This document shows, one piece after another, positions 42,542 through 52,505 of a stretch of DNA of 64,000 nucleotides. A model generated the notes under the pieces. It was not told the DNA's origin. It made no database searches and saw only the letters and a program-made list of their open reading frames with translations. This DNA is from an uncultured Verrucomicrobiae bacterium (GTDB lineage Bacteria; Verrucomicrobiota; Verrucomicrobiia; Chthoniobacterales; Chthoniobacteraceae). The position numbers were made by a program, and so were the translations under genes. Position 1 is the stretch's first letter. Each line of letters opens with the position of its first letter. The stretch is taken from positions 64,001 through 128,000 of the forward strand of contig CAWHEP010000014.1 in assembly GCA_963828525.1 (NCBI GenBank). The letters are read 5' to 3'.

Positions 42542-44170
42542 ATGAACCTACCACGAACCCTCTGCTGCATTGCCTTCCCATCAATCCTCTTTGGTCAGCT
42601 AGCGACCGATCAGCCGCAGGCCACGACTGCCAACGGGGTCGTTGAAGGCGTTGGCCATTCCGGCGTCTCGGTCTTCGAGGGCATACCCTTCGCTCGACCT
42701 CCTGTTGGCGACTTGAGATGGCGCGAACCTCAGCCGCCTGAAAATTGGACGGGAATCAGGAAAGCTGATCACTTCGGCCCGAACCCGATGGAACATCCGG
42801 CAGGGGATATGGTCTTCCGGTCGCGCGGGATGAGTGAAGACTGCCTATATCTCAATGTGTGGACTCCCGCGAAGTCGCCAGCCGAAAAGCTGCCTGTGCT
42901 TGTTTATTTCTACGGAGGCGGCTTTGTGTTCGGGGATGGATCAGAGTTCCGTTACGATGGGGAGAGCATGGCCCGCAAGGGCATCGTCAGTCTTACCCTT
43001 ACCTATCGTCTTGGAGTCTTCGGCTTCCTGGCCCATCCAGAACTCTCAAAGGAGAGTCCGTACCATGGCTCCGGGAACTACGGGCTGCTCGATCAGCGCG
43101 CGGCCCTGCTTTGGGTTCGGCAAAACATCGCGGCATTTGGCGGCGACCCCGACAAGGTTACAATCGCGGGCGAATCCGCTGGATCAATTTCAGTGAGCGC
43201 CCAGATGGCTTCTCCGCTGTCGAAAGGCCTCTTCGTTCGGGCGATCGGCGAAAGCGGCGGCTGCTTCAGTCCCACCGTTTCCCCTCTGCCCCTTGCCGAC
43301 GTGGAGCAGCAAGGTGAGAAGTTCGCGAGCGCGGTGGGCGCAACCTCCCTGGCTGCTCTGCGCGCGTTGAGCGCTGAGGAGCTGCTTGCGGATCAGTCAA
43401 AGCCCGGATCGCCCCGATGCTCGCCTGCGATAGACGGATATTTCTTTACTAAAACTCCCCTCCAGACATTCACGGCCGGTGAACAGGCGCGCGTTCCGTT
43501 GCTTGCTGGCTGGAACTCCGGCGAATCGAACTACAAGCGCGTCCTTGGAAATGAAGAACCCACCCCCGAAAACTACAGCGCCGCCCTCAAGAAACTGTAT
43601 GGGGACAAGGCAGAGGAAGCGCTGCGATTTTATCCGGGCGGAACGGAAGACGAAGTGATCCGATCTGCCATAGCGCTCTCAAGCGACCGGTTCATCTCCT
43701 ACAGCACCTGGAAATGGTGCGATCTTCAGAGCAAGACGGGGGGCAGCCCCGTCTTTCGCTATTTCTACTCCAGGCCGCGCCCCGCCACGCGCCAAAAGTC
43801 GCGCGGCGCGATGGCTGCGTCCCCGTCTCCCGAGGTTTCTCCTGTAGCTCAGGTCTCTCCTAAACCTTCGGTAAGCCCTGGCGCTTCCCACGCCTCAGAG
43901 ATCGAATACGCAATGGGCAACCTTCCCACAAACCGCGTTTACGACTGGCAACCGGAGGACTACGCCGTCTCCACGATCATGCAGGGCTATTTCGCAAACT
44001 TCATCATCACAGGGAATCCCAACGGGATCAGCCTCCCGACATGGGAGCCGTTGAAAGCGGATGGCGCCGGGAAAGTCATGGTGATCGACACGAATACCCG
44101 CGCCGAAGAAATCAAAACAAACGATCGCTACCATTGGCTCGATCAGTTCTATGCCCCGGCGGGTCACTGA
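42542..44170 (+). CDS. Type B carboxylesterase/lipase (pNB-esterase-like), secreted
   Basis: GIPFARPPVGDLRW, SEDCLYLNVW, YGGGF, GESAG nucleophile motif, HASEI. Confidence 0.93.
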   Translation: MNLPRTLCCIAFPSILFGQLATDQPQATTANGVVEGVGHSGVSVFEGIPFARPPVGDLRWREPQPPENWTGIRKADHFGPNPMEHPAGDMVFRSRGMSEDCLYLNVWTPAKSPAEKLPVLVYFYGGGFVFGDGSEFRYDGESMARKGIVSLTLTYRLGVFGFLAHPELSKESPYHGSGNYGLLDQRAALLWVRQNIAAFGGDPDKVTIAGESAGSISVSAQMASPLSKGLFVRAIGESGGCFSPTVSPLPLADVEQQGEKFASAVGATSLAALRALSAEELLADQSKPGSPRCSPAIDGYFFTKTPLQTFTAGEQARVPLLAGWNSGESNYKRVLGNEEPTPENYSAALKKLYGDKAEEALRFYPGGTEDEVIRSAIALSSDRFISYSTWKWCDLQSKTGGSPVFRYFYSRPRPATRQKSRGAMAASPSPEVSPVAQVSPKPSVSPGASHASEIEYAMGNLPTNRVYDWQPEDYAVSTIMQGYFANFIITGNPNGISLPTWEPLKADGAGKVMVIDTNTRAEEIKTNDRYHWLDQFYAPAGH

Positions 44171-44208
44171 TCTGGTGCTGAACTGAATCGCCATTGGTAA
44201 ACATAAAG

Positions 44209-47200
44209 CTATTCCACCTTGCGCTTTAGCGAGATGACCACCGGCTGCGGAGTGTTCCGGTCAATTCGGATACTGGTTTTTTCCCACTCCTCACCGTAGA
44301 TCTGCGCTTCATAGTTTCCCGGAGCCGCGAAGTTAATCGCGGGAATAGCAAAACTCCCGTCGCCGTCCGTCGTCGCAGAGTGAGACACGAGCGTGTCGTT
44401 TTCATTTGGATGGTAGGTCAACATTACTTCCTTGTAGCTGATCGGTTGCTTCGTCTCGTTCACGAATCGCCCTTTCAGCGTTTCGGTCGCAGCCTTCAAC
44501 ACCAGATCCTGAATAACGATGGGATGCTCGGCGTCAACCAGGACGGGATCGCTCACGAAATAGCTCGGACCCGCGTCCACCAGGATGGCATAGAGGCCCC
44601 CGAAGGGCAGCGACGGGGTCACGTATTCCTTCTTTGGCGATAGAGCAATCATAGTTCCGCTGGTGAGATTCTTTATGGTGAGCCCAGAGGGAGGCTTGAC
44701 TACGATGGGCAAGACGGAAAGAGATCGATTCTCAAGCGGGGGAGGGAGGTTGATGTTCCCGTGGATGACCCCGGCGCGGGTCGCGGTGATCGTCTTTGCA
44801 AAGACCCCGTCTCCCACCGGCATATCGAAATGTTGCGGCGCAAACCAGTAGCCGACGATCTGGTCCGCGTAGAGGTCGACCGTGGTGGGAACCGGCAGAC
44901 TCAAGACCGCCTTGCCGCCCGTGATCGGCGCAGACTTTGACGTCATCCCTTTGTCGTGCTCGTAAATGGTCAGGTAATCGGCGTTCAAAGCACCGCCAGG
45001 AACGGCATCCGAATCTGTCTTGATGGCGACTTCAAGGCTCCTCAGCGGGCGGGGGTCCGGCTTGGACCGCGACGTTGTTGGCGGTTTCACGCGCAGATCG
45101 ATGACGTAGTCGTCTACATCCTTTTGCAGGTTGACCTCGTAGCTATAGCTCTCCAAACCAAAGGTTCCGAAATTGATTCCTGTCCGACCCTCGGGGAGAT
45201 TCTCGAAATCAAATGGGATTTCCCCCGCGAGCTTTCGAAGGGTCTTTCTTTGTGACCGGCCGTAACCATTAAACGGGGATGCCTGGAGGTCATACATCAC
45301 CTGTAGTTCAATGAGACGGTAACGTGTCAGAATACCCTGCGGATCGAGGATTTTTCCGCGCAAGCGCAAGCCCCGCGTCAGTTCACAAACCCGGCCTTGT
45401 TGCCCATAGGAAATCGGAAAGGATTGGAGCTGGTATCCCGCGGCTTGGACGTAGACGTAATAGCCGGAATTTTGAGCCAGCGTTTCAAGATGGAAGCGCC
45501 CGTGGTCATCGCTGTGTCCCAGGACCTGACCGTTCTCAGGTTCATAGGTGAGATACGAATCTCCCGTTCCCCGGCGCGCCGCCATGATGATTTTCGCGTT
45601 CGCGATGGGCTGACGCGTGGCGCGGTCGAGCACCACGCCCGCGGTGGCTTGAGCGGCGGCCATTTTGCAGACTTGCGGCGTCTTATCCGACCAGCGGGAG
45701 ACTTCCTGGTCGGCCATCTGCCAGCCAGGCTTGAAGAGATTCAAGTGGATATCAGAATCGGCTTCGACATTTCCGAAGGTGGCGAACCCTTCCGAATCTG
45801 TTCGGACAGCAGGCCTTTCAAGCTCAATTGTTTCGCCTTCGCGGGCCGAAATCGCCGTAAGTGTAACGCCTTCCAAGGGTTTTCCGTCCGAGCCGACGAC
45901 TTGCGCGCGAGCTGGGAAGCCGCGCCGCAGAGTGAGATCGACTTTCAGGTTTCCGCCCTGAGCCCGAAGAATGGTTTTTCGTAGCGGCGCGTATCCTTCC
46001 GCCCACACGCCGAGCTGGATCCTCCCGGCCATCGTGTTGCCGTAGTATGAATGATCCCCCTCCATCGTAAGTCCACCGCTGGCGCCGTAGCCCCCCCAGG
46101 ACGAAGCGACTTTGGCTTCCGACTGCTTAAGGTTCTGGTTTCCGATGAGGCTTTTTGGAAGCGGCTGGCCATCTTCTGTCCTGAGCGCGCCCGTGACTAA
46201 GACATTTTCGCCAGGCTGGTCGGAGTTGCCCGGGACTGGCGGACGGAGTTGGAGCGCGCCGATCTGAGCCACTCGTTCCTTGTCGGTCATCAGCTCGGCG
46301 GCAAGCAGGGGAGCCAGGAACATGGAGGCGAGGTAAGCCGCTATCGCCAAAAGACCGGCCACGGCGAAGAGACTGGCCGCGCGCTGCCGGGGCTCAACAC
46401 CAAGGATGATCCTGCGTACTCGCGCGAGCAGGTCTCCTTCTCCGGTCGCGGCGAGCGCGAGGGATTGGCGGCGATACTCTTCAAACGTCGTCAGCGCTTC
46501 GGCGTATACCACCGGATTTCGGCACCATTCGACCGACAGATCATCGCAAATGCGCTCCCGTTCTTCCCGAATGTTACGGCTTACGGATCGGACTGCCGGA
46601 TGATAAAAGAAGAGCGTTTCGACACCGCTTTGCAGCAGGTTCACAATGAAATCGTGACGGCGAATATGCGCCAGTTCATGGAGGAGAATGGCCTCGACCT
46701 GTTCCACGGGAAGCTGGGCCAGGACACCGAGCGGGAGCAGAATAACAGGACGAACCCAGCCGATCACGACAGGCACGGCTACCGCGGCCGTTTCGCCCAG
46801 GAGGGCGGCGGAACGGACCCGAGCCGTCCGGCAGAGCGCCGCGAAACGCTGCTGCCATTCGCCGGACAATTCAGGCAAAGGCAGCCGGGCCAGCCACCGG
46901 ACGTACCGCCAGGAACTCCAAAGGCGCGCCGCGAATATCGCCACCCCCAAGGCCCAACCGATCACCAGCCAGCGCAGGAGCGGCTCGACATAGCTCCGGG
47001 GCGACATCGAAGAAACAGGACGCCTGATGGGTTCGGGTGAATGGATGAGTGATGGAGGATCTGATTCAAACGAAGCGGCGACAGAGGAAGAGGCAGGCCC
47101 GACCACGGCCACTGATCTTTCAGGTTGCGCTGGGGCGCCGCGCAAGCGCGCGGCGAGATCCAATGAGCCAAATGTCATCCACGGGAGAAGAGCCATCGAC

Positions 47201-47349
47201 ACCAGCGCCACGCACGCAGCGGCGTAGCGAACCTCGGCCGTTTTCCTTTTCAGCCCTAGCAGGACGACTTGGAGGAGGAGCCAGATAGACGCATCCTCCC
47301 ATAGCGAATGGAGCAGCATCCACCCGAGACGCTCAACCACGGCGTTCAC
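44209..47349 (-). CDS. BlaR1/M56 family membrane metalloprotease with long extracytoplasmic beta-sandwich (carboxypeptidase-regulatory-like) repeats
   Basis: LGWMLLHSLW, HELAHIRRHD, ERERICDD; C-terminal repeats such as GKPLEGV/TDSEG and TDGDGSF. Confidence 0.88.
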   Translation of the reverse strand: MNAVVERLGWMLLHSLWEDASIWLLLQVVLLGLKRKTAEVRYAAACVALVSMALLPWMTFGSLDLAARLRGAPAQPERSVAVVGPASSSVAASFESDPPSLIHSPEPIRRPVSSMSPRSYVEPLLRWLVIGWALGVAIFAARLWSSWRYVRWLARLPLPELSGEWQQRFAALCRTARVRSAALLGETAAVAVPVVIGWVRPVILLPLGVLAQLPVEQVEAILLHELAHIRRHDFIVNLLQSGVETLFFYHPAVRSVSRNIREERERICDDLSVEWCRNPVVYAEALTTFEEYRRQSLALAATGEGDLLARVRRIILGVEPRQRAASLFAVAGLLAIAAYLASMFLAPLLAAELMTDKERVAQIGALQLRPPVPGNSDQPGENVLVTGALRTEDGQPLPKSLIGNQNLKQSEAKVASSWGGYGASGGLTMEGDHSYYGNTMAGRIQLGVWAEGYAPLRKTILRAQGGNLKVDLTLRRGFPARAQVVGSDGKPLEGVTLTAISAREGETIELERPAVRTDSEGFATFGNVEADSDIHLNLFKPGWQMADQEVSRWSDKTPQVCKMAAAQATAGVVLDRATRQPIANAKIIMAARRGTGDSYLTYEPENGQVLGHSDDHGRFHLETLAQNSGYYVYVQAAGYQLQSFPISYGQQGRVCELTRGLRLRGKILDPQGILTRYRLIELQVMYDLQASPFNGYGRSQRKTLRKLAGEIPFDFENLPEGRTGINFGTFGLESYSYEVNLQKDVDDYVIDLRVKPPTTSRSKPDPRPLRSLEVAIKTDSDAVPGGALNADYLTIYEHDKGMTSKSAPITGGKAVLSLPVPTTVDLYADQIVGYWFAPQHFDMPVGDGVFAKTITATRAGVIHGNINLPPPLENRSLSVLPIVVKPPSGLTIKNLTSGTMIALSPKKEYVTPSLPFGGLYAILVDAGPSYFVSDPVLVDAEHPIVIQDLVLKAATETLKGRFVNETKQPISYKEVMLTYHPNENDTLVSHSATTDGDGSFAIPAINFAAPGNYEAQIYGEEWEKTSIRIDRNTPQPVVISLKRKVE

Positions 47350-47744
47350 TTTGCTTTCTCTTTCCCTGATGGCTTGCTCCTGGCTTCGGCGAGCAGAGCG
47401 CGGATGGATTCAAGTTCTTTCGCGGATGCCGGCTTGGCGGAAAGCGCGCGCAAAATCAGTTCGCTCACCGAACCGCCGAATGCCCGGTCAATGAGGCCGC
47501 CGATCATTCGCTCCTGATTCACGGTCTGATCAACCGCCGCCGCGTAAATGTGGGTCATTTTCGTCTCGTCACGCCTCACAAATCCCTTGTCCAGCATGAC
47601 CTGGAGAAGCTTGAGCACGGTCGTATAGCTGCCCTTGCTCCCCAGAGCCTCCCATACCTGCCGGACCGAAACGGGACCGACTTGCCACAGGACGTGAAGG
47701 ATTTCGAGTTCGGCGCGCGTGGGATCGGGAGAGGAGCGATTCAT
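47346..47744 (-). CDS. BlaI/MecI/CopY family transcriptional repressor
   Basis: PTRAELEILHVLW, SYTTVLKLLQVMLDKGFV, AFGGSVSELI. Confidence 0.92.
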   Translation of the reverse strand: MNRSSPDPTRAELEILHVLWQVGPVSVRQVWEALGSKGSYTTVLKLLQVMLDKGFVRRDETKMTHIYAAAVDQTVNQERMIGGLIDRAFGGSVSELILRALSAKPASAKELESIRALLAEARSKPSGKEKAK

Positions 47745-47766
47745 GAGCGTTTTTAATCTAACCATA

Positions 47767-47788
47767 CTACGTACGTCATTATTCGTAG
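47767..47788. promoter_or_regulatory. Candidate BlaI-type operator (inverted repeat CTACG...CGTAG, inner TACG-N8-CGTA)
   Basis: CTACGTACGTCATTATTCGTAG lies about 23 bp upstream of the blaI-like start; this family typically autoregulates through palindromes. Confidence 0.5.
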
Positions 47789-47897
47789 GTATAGGCAAGA
47801 GAAATCTTTTTGGACTCAGAGCAAAGATTTAGGTCGATTGAAGGCGTTTTACCCAACGCGCTCAGGGCCCCGCGAAGGGACACGCGAAAACGCTGAC

Positions 47898-48941
47898 TTA
47901 CACTGCTGCTTCCAGCTTCTCGGCGCCCTCTTCCATCGTGCCTTTGTATTTGGGCGGCTCGCTTTCAACACCGAAGTTTTCTTCATACAGCGAGGCAATC
48001 TGTTCGAGATCGTCTTCGGTGAGGGGAGGGCATTCGGGGGCGAGCGCGAACTCCCTCAGTTGAGCTTCCTCGTAGATGTTGGGGAGGGTCGAAGCAACGC
48101 GAGGATCCGCCAGGAGCCATTGCAAGGCTGCTTGTCCAAGGGTGCGATTTGCATTTTCCAGGAAACGCAGCGTCTTGATCTTTTGAACGCCATTTAGCAG
48201 CCAGCTCCGCGGACGATGATTGCGGTGATCGTTCGGCGGGAAAACCGTATCGACGGTGTAGTGCCCCTCGAGCATCCCGGAAGAATGCGTAACCCGGATG
48301 AGAAACATCGTGTCCCTGCCAGCATCGGCGGCGGCCTGGTGCATGGCTTTCCCGGGATGCTGCTCCAGCATGTTGTAGATGTGCTGCAAGGAGGTGAAAT
48401 TCCGTTCGCGGATCGCGTTGATCCCTTCATACATCCAGCCGATGGCAGGCCCGAGCGCCACCCCATAGTAGCGCACCTTTCCTTCCGCCTGCAGGCTCTC
48501 CAGCGTTTTCCAGACGGCGTCGTCATGCACCTGTTCCATGTGGATATTATGCAACTGGAGGAGATCAATCCTGTCGGTGCGCAGCCGCTTCAGCGCGGCA
48601 TCCGTCGCGCGGACCAGGGCGTCCGGCGAAAAATCCTGAGGGATTTCTCTCTGTCCGCGACGCTCGTTGCCGTGGTTGACAAAATCATAGCCGATCTTGG
48701 TCGCGACGACGATCTCATCGCGATTGCCAGGAAACGCTTTCGCGATCAGTTCCTCGCTTAAGCCATTACCGTACGTATCAGCGGCATCAAAAAGCGTGAT
48801 CCCGAGATCAAACGCTTTCCGCATCAGCCCGATCGCTTCGCCTTCCGTGAAGTTTCCCCACCAACCCGTGGAAATTGTCCATAAACCAAAACCAACCTCA
48901 CTCACTGAAAGATCGGTATTCTGAAACGGGCGATACTTCAT
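47898..48941 (-). CDS. Aldo/keto reductase (cytoplasmic)
   Basis: LFDAADTYGNG, VATKIG, LRTDRIDLLQLH; D/Y/K/H tetrad recognisable. Confidence 0.9.
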   Translation of the reverse strand: MKYRPFQNTDLSVSEVGFGLWTISTGWWGNFTEGEAIGLMRKAFDLGITLFDAADTYGNGLSEELIAKAFPGNRDEIVVATKIGYDFVNHGNERRGQREIPQDFSPDALVRATDAALKRLRTDRIDLLQLHNIHMEQVHDDAVWKTLESLQAEGKVRYYGVALGPAIGWMYEGINAIRERNFTSLQHIYNMLEQHPGKAMHQAAADAGRDTMFLIRVTHSSGMLEGHYTVDTVFPPNDHRNHRPRSWLLNGVQKIKTLRFLENANRTLGQAALQWLLADPRVASTLPNIYEEAQLREFALAPECPPLTEDDLEQIASLYEENFGVESEPPKYKGTMEEGAEKLEAAV

Positions 48942-48999
48942 GACTGATAGAACGATAGATTAACGCCTTTGCCAAAGCAATTTTGGTGGCCGCCCACGT

Positions 49000-49713
49000 T
49001 CAACTGGTCTCCGCATTGGGGTGAACGACCACGGCGGAACCCGCCGCAATGAACGCCGAAACCGGCTCCGCAGAAAGGGCTTCCACGAACCGTTCTCCGT
49101 ATAAAGCCCGAATATCGGCGTCCAGCTTGGAGTCATAACCCTTCCAAATGCGCCACCGGGGATGCTCCACCGCGTATTCGCTGCACAGTCCTCTCCGCGC
49201 TGTATAACCCCAGTAGTGCTCAGTAATGAACTCTTCGTCAGAACCGCTCGCGATCTCCGAGGGCTTCCCCATCCCGGACATGCGGAGCGACTCCCACCGC
49301 CCGCCGCGTTTCCAGGCATACTCCAGGGAAATTCCCTTATCAGACAAGTCCACCGTGTGGCGCATCGGCAAGGCAAGATAGGGCTCCCCGTAGAAGGTTC
49401 GAGCGATGAGGGCGATCGCGAACCGTGGCACCAACTCCCGCGCGAACACGACCCCGCGCCGCCAGCCTTCCCCGCCTTTTCGTCTCACGTAGAAGCGAAG
49501 GTTCACCTCATCGAAATCCCGGTGGAATGGAAAAGCAATGCCGAGCACCCGCGTGGAAAGGAACCGGAAACCCACCACGCTCACGAAGGCTGTGCCGTTA
49601 TGGTAGTCAAGCTCGGTTCCGGGCGGCACCAGCGGTTTGAGAGCAGCCGGGTCGATTGCGAAGTTCAGCATCGCAAGGTGCCGCCACTCGGCAGTCAAAA
49701 ACGCTTTTTTCAA
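49000..49713 (-). CDS. DUF2071/YqjF family protein
   Basis: FLTAEWRHLAMLNF, FVSVVGF, FDEVNLRFYVR, FITEHYWGY, YAVEHPRW. Start taken at TTG 49713. Confidence 0.82.
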   Translation of the reverse strand: MKKAFLTAEWRHLAMLNFAIDPAALKPLVPPGTELDYHNGTAFVSVVGFRFLSTRVLGIAFPFHRDFDEVNLRFYVRRKGGEGWRRGVVFARELVPRFAIALIARTFYGEPYLALPMRHTVDLSDKGISLEYAWKRGGRWESLRMSGMGKPSEIASGSDEEFITEHYWGYTARRGLCSEYAVEHPRWRIWKGYDSKLDADIRALYGERFVEALSAEPVSAFIAAGSAVVVHPNAETS

Positions 49714-49733
49714 ATGATGCGAAGCGTTGTCCC

Positions 49734-50405
49734 CTACGTGCCCGTAAGAGCGATCTTCCACATGTTCTCGTCGTATTCCCCGGGCCCGGGTGAGGCGAGG
49801 TTGGCGGGCTTTTTCATAAAGCGAGCTGATCCATCGGCGAAGACGTAGTTTGATCCCCCATTGTAGGCATCGAGGGTGAGCACGCCGGGGTCCGTATTAT
49901 TGCCCTCCTGGAAGTCCATGTAGTAGTTTGCTCCGCCGAGCGGCTCCATTCCGAGAAGGATCGTGCTCGCGGGCTTCGGGATGGTGTTGAGCTGGACGAC
50001 GATGGCGGGATCGGTAAAGGCGCCCAGATCGTTCCAGCCATTCATTATAAAGTTGGTGCTGTTTGTCGTGTTGCTCAGCGGGTCAGGCTGGGGCGTCTGA
50101 GAAAGATAATTCTTTATTCCCGGCGCGGCGTACACGCGGACGTCCTTGAGATAAACGGAGAGAAGTTTGGGCCAGCGATCCTGACCCGCTCCTGTCACTC
50201 GCCCAGGCAATCGGTAATTGTTGTCCCCCGCGTACATGATGAACCCGGTGGCGATTTGCCGCATGTTCCCAAGACAAGCCGTCTGAAAGCCGCTCACCCG
50301 CACTCTCGCCATCGCGGGCAGCAATAGAGCGGCGAGAATGGCTATGATGACGATGACGACGAGCAGCTCCATCAGGGTGAAGCCTCTTCTATGGAAGTTC
50401 CTCAT
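49734..50405 (-). CDS. Prepilin-type N-terminal cleavage/methylation protein with H-X9-DG-type C-terminal motif (DUF1559-like)
   Basis: [45 protein letters not shown]. Confidence 0.85.
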   Translation of the reverse strand: MRNFHRRGFTLMELLVVIVIIAILAALLLPAMARVRVSGFQTACLGNMRQIATGFIMYAGDNNYRLPGRVTGAGQDRWPKLLSVYLKDVRVYAAPGIKNYLSQTPQPDPLSNTTNSTNFIMNGWNDLGAFTDPAIVVQLNTIPKPASTILLGMEPLGGANYYMDFQEGNNTDPGVLTLDAYNGGSNYVFADGSARFMKKPANLASPGPGEYDENMWKIALTGT

Positions 50406-50465
50406 TGTTTGGTGGCGCTGCCCAAGCGTGTCTGACTCAGGCGCGTTCGTCAATGCGGATCAGTC

Positions 50466-52395
50466 TCAGGTCTTTCCAGCCAATCCCGTCCACTCTGTCG
50501 TAAGACGTTCAATGTCCGTCGTGACTGCCTGCATTTCCCTGTTGAGTTGCATGGCCGCTCCCCCGGCCTCGTAAGTCTCGGGTTTCTCAAGCTCCGCGCT
50601 TAGCCGCTTCTGCTCTTCTTCCAGTCCCAGTATACGCATCTCCAGCTCGCGAACGCGTGTTTCCCGGTCTCGCTTCGATTTGGCGTCCGCTTTGCGCGCC
50701 TCAGCATCCGCGCGCCTTTGCTCCCGGCTTTCGCGCAAGCCGGGGCCTGCCGACTCCTTTGGCGCGCTTGACTGGGCAGGCTGCGCATTGCTCAGTTTGT
50801 CACCTGCCGTCAACGCGGCGCGGGCGGATACTGCCCGCGATTTTTCCAGATAGTAGGCATAGTCTCCCGCGTAGGGCGTCAGCTTGCCGGCCCCAATGTG
50901 CAGCACCGTTTTTGCGATGGCGCGGATGAAATGGACATCGTGGCTGATGAAAACCAGCGTGCCCTCATACTGGCTGAGCGCGCCGATCACCGCGTCGATG
51001 CTGCCGACGTCCAGATGTGTCGTTGGTTCATCCATAAGCAGCAGATTTGGCGGATCGAGCAGCAATTTTACCAGGGCCAGCCGCGTCTTTTCTCCCCCGC
51101 TCAATACGGCAACCGGCTTGAATACATCGTCGCCACGGAAAAGGAACGAGCCGAGCACGGATCGCGCCGCTTGTTCTGAGACCGGGCTCTGTGAGTCAAG
51201 GGCGCTCTCCAGGATGGAATGCCGGGAATTCAGCATCTCCACGCGGTGTTGGGAAAAGTATCCGACCCGCACATTATGGCCAAGCGTCCGCGCGCCGTGC
51301 TGTATCGGCAGGACTCCGCCCAAAAGCTTCAGGAGGGTGGATTTCCCCGCGCCATTCGGCCCGACGAGAACAGTGCGCTGGCCCCTTTCCACCTCAAAAT
51401 CGAGGCCCTTATAAACCACCAGCTCCCCGTAGGCGTGATCGACCCCCTCAAGATGAATGACACGCGTTCCGCTTCGAGCTGGCTGCGGGAAACGGAAATG
51501 CACCGTTTTCTCGCGCGCCGCCGGCGCTTCCAGTTTCTCCATGCGGTCGATCTGCTTGAGCTTGCTTTGCGCTTGAGACGCCTTGCTCGCCTTGGCCCTG
51601 AACCGGTCCGCAAATTCCTGGAGCGACGCGATCTCCCGCTGCTGATTCTTGAAGGCAGCCATCTGCTGTTCCTCGCGCGCGGCTTTTTGCTCTACGTAGT
51701 TATCCCAGTTTCCCCGGTATCGGAACAGCCGCTGTTGCGCGATTTCCACGATGCTGTGCGTCAGTTGATTAAGAAACTCCCGATCGTGCGAGATCATGAG
51801 GATTGAGCCCGGATAGTTCTTCAGGTAGTTTTGCAGCCACACCAGCGATTCAAGATCCAGGTGGTTGGTCGGCTCATCCAGAAGCAGAAGATCGGGCTCT
51901 CGCACCAGGAGTCGCGCCAGGTGGGCGCGCATGATCCAACCGCCGCTCAGCACTCGCGCCGGCCTGTCAAAATCGCTCTCGCGGAAAGCGAGGCCGGCAA
52001 GGATCCGTTTTGCCTTCGGCTCAAGCTGCCAGCCTCCCAACTCGCCAAACGTGTGGAGGGCCTCATGGTGTTCCGCGGAGTCTTCGGGTGTGCTTTTCAG
52101 GATGCGCTGCGTCTTCGCCAGCTCCGGCGACACGGCGCACGCCAGTTCAATCACCGTTTCGTCTCCGGCGGGCGCGCTTTCCTGCGGCAGGTAACCCAGG
52201 CTGGCGCTACGTTCCAGGATGATGTTGCCGGCGTCTGGGCTGCTTTCGCCGAGGATCAGAGAGAAGAGGGTTGATTTGCCCGCGCCGTTGGGACCTACGA
52301 GCCCGATCCGGTCGCCCCGGTTCACCTGCAAGGAGGCGTCCTGGAGCAGGTACGCGCCCCGCGAAGGCTTTGGTGACTTGAGAGATGGTTAGCAT
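50466..52395 (-). CDS. ABC-F family ATPase (YheS/YdiF-like); apparent +1 frameshift near 52350
   Basis: Two NBDs (GPNGAGKST twice, LSGGW, LSGGE, DEPTNHLD) and a C-terminal coiled coil. The N-terminus MLTISQVTKAFAGR lies in the adjacent frame. Confidence 0.88.
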
Positions 52396-52505
52396 GGGCG
52401 GGGGGGGAATCTCCTCAATATCGTCCGGCGCGCAAGTGCGCGCGCGGTTGCGACACCCGCGAAAATGCTTTCATTTCCGTCTCTGGATTCTTAACAATCC
52501 ACAGG

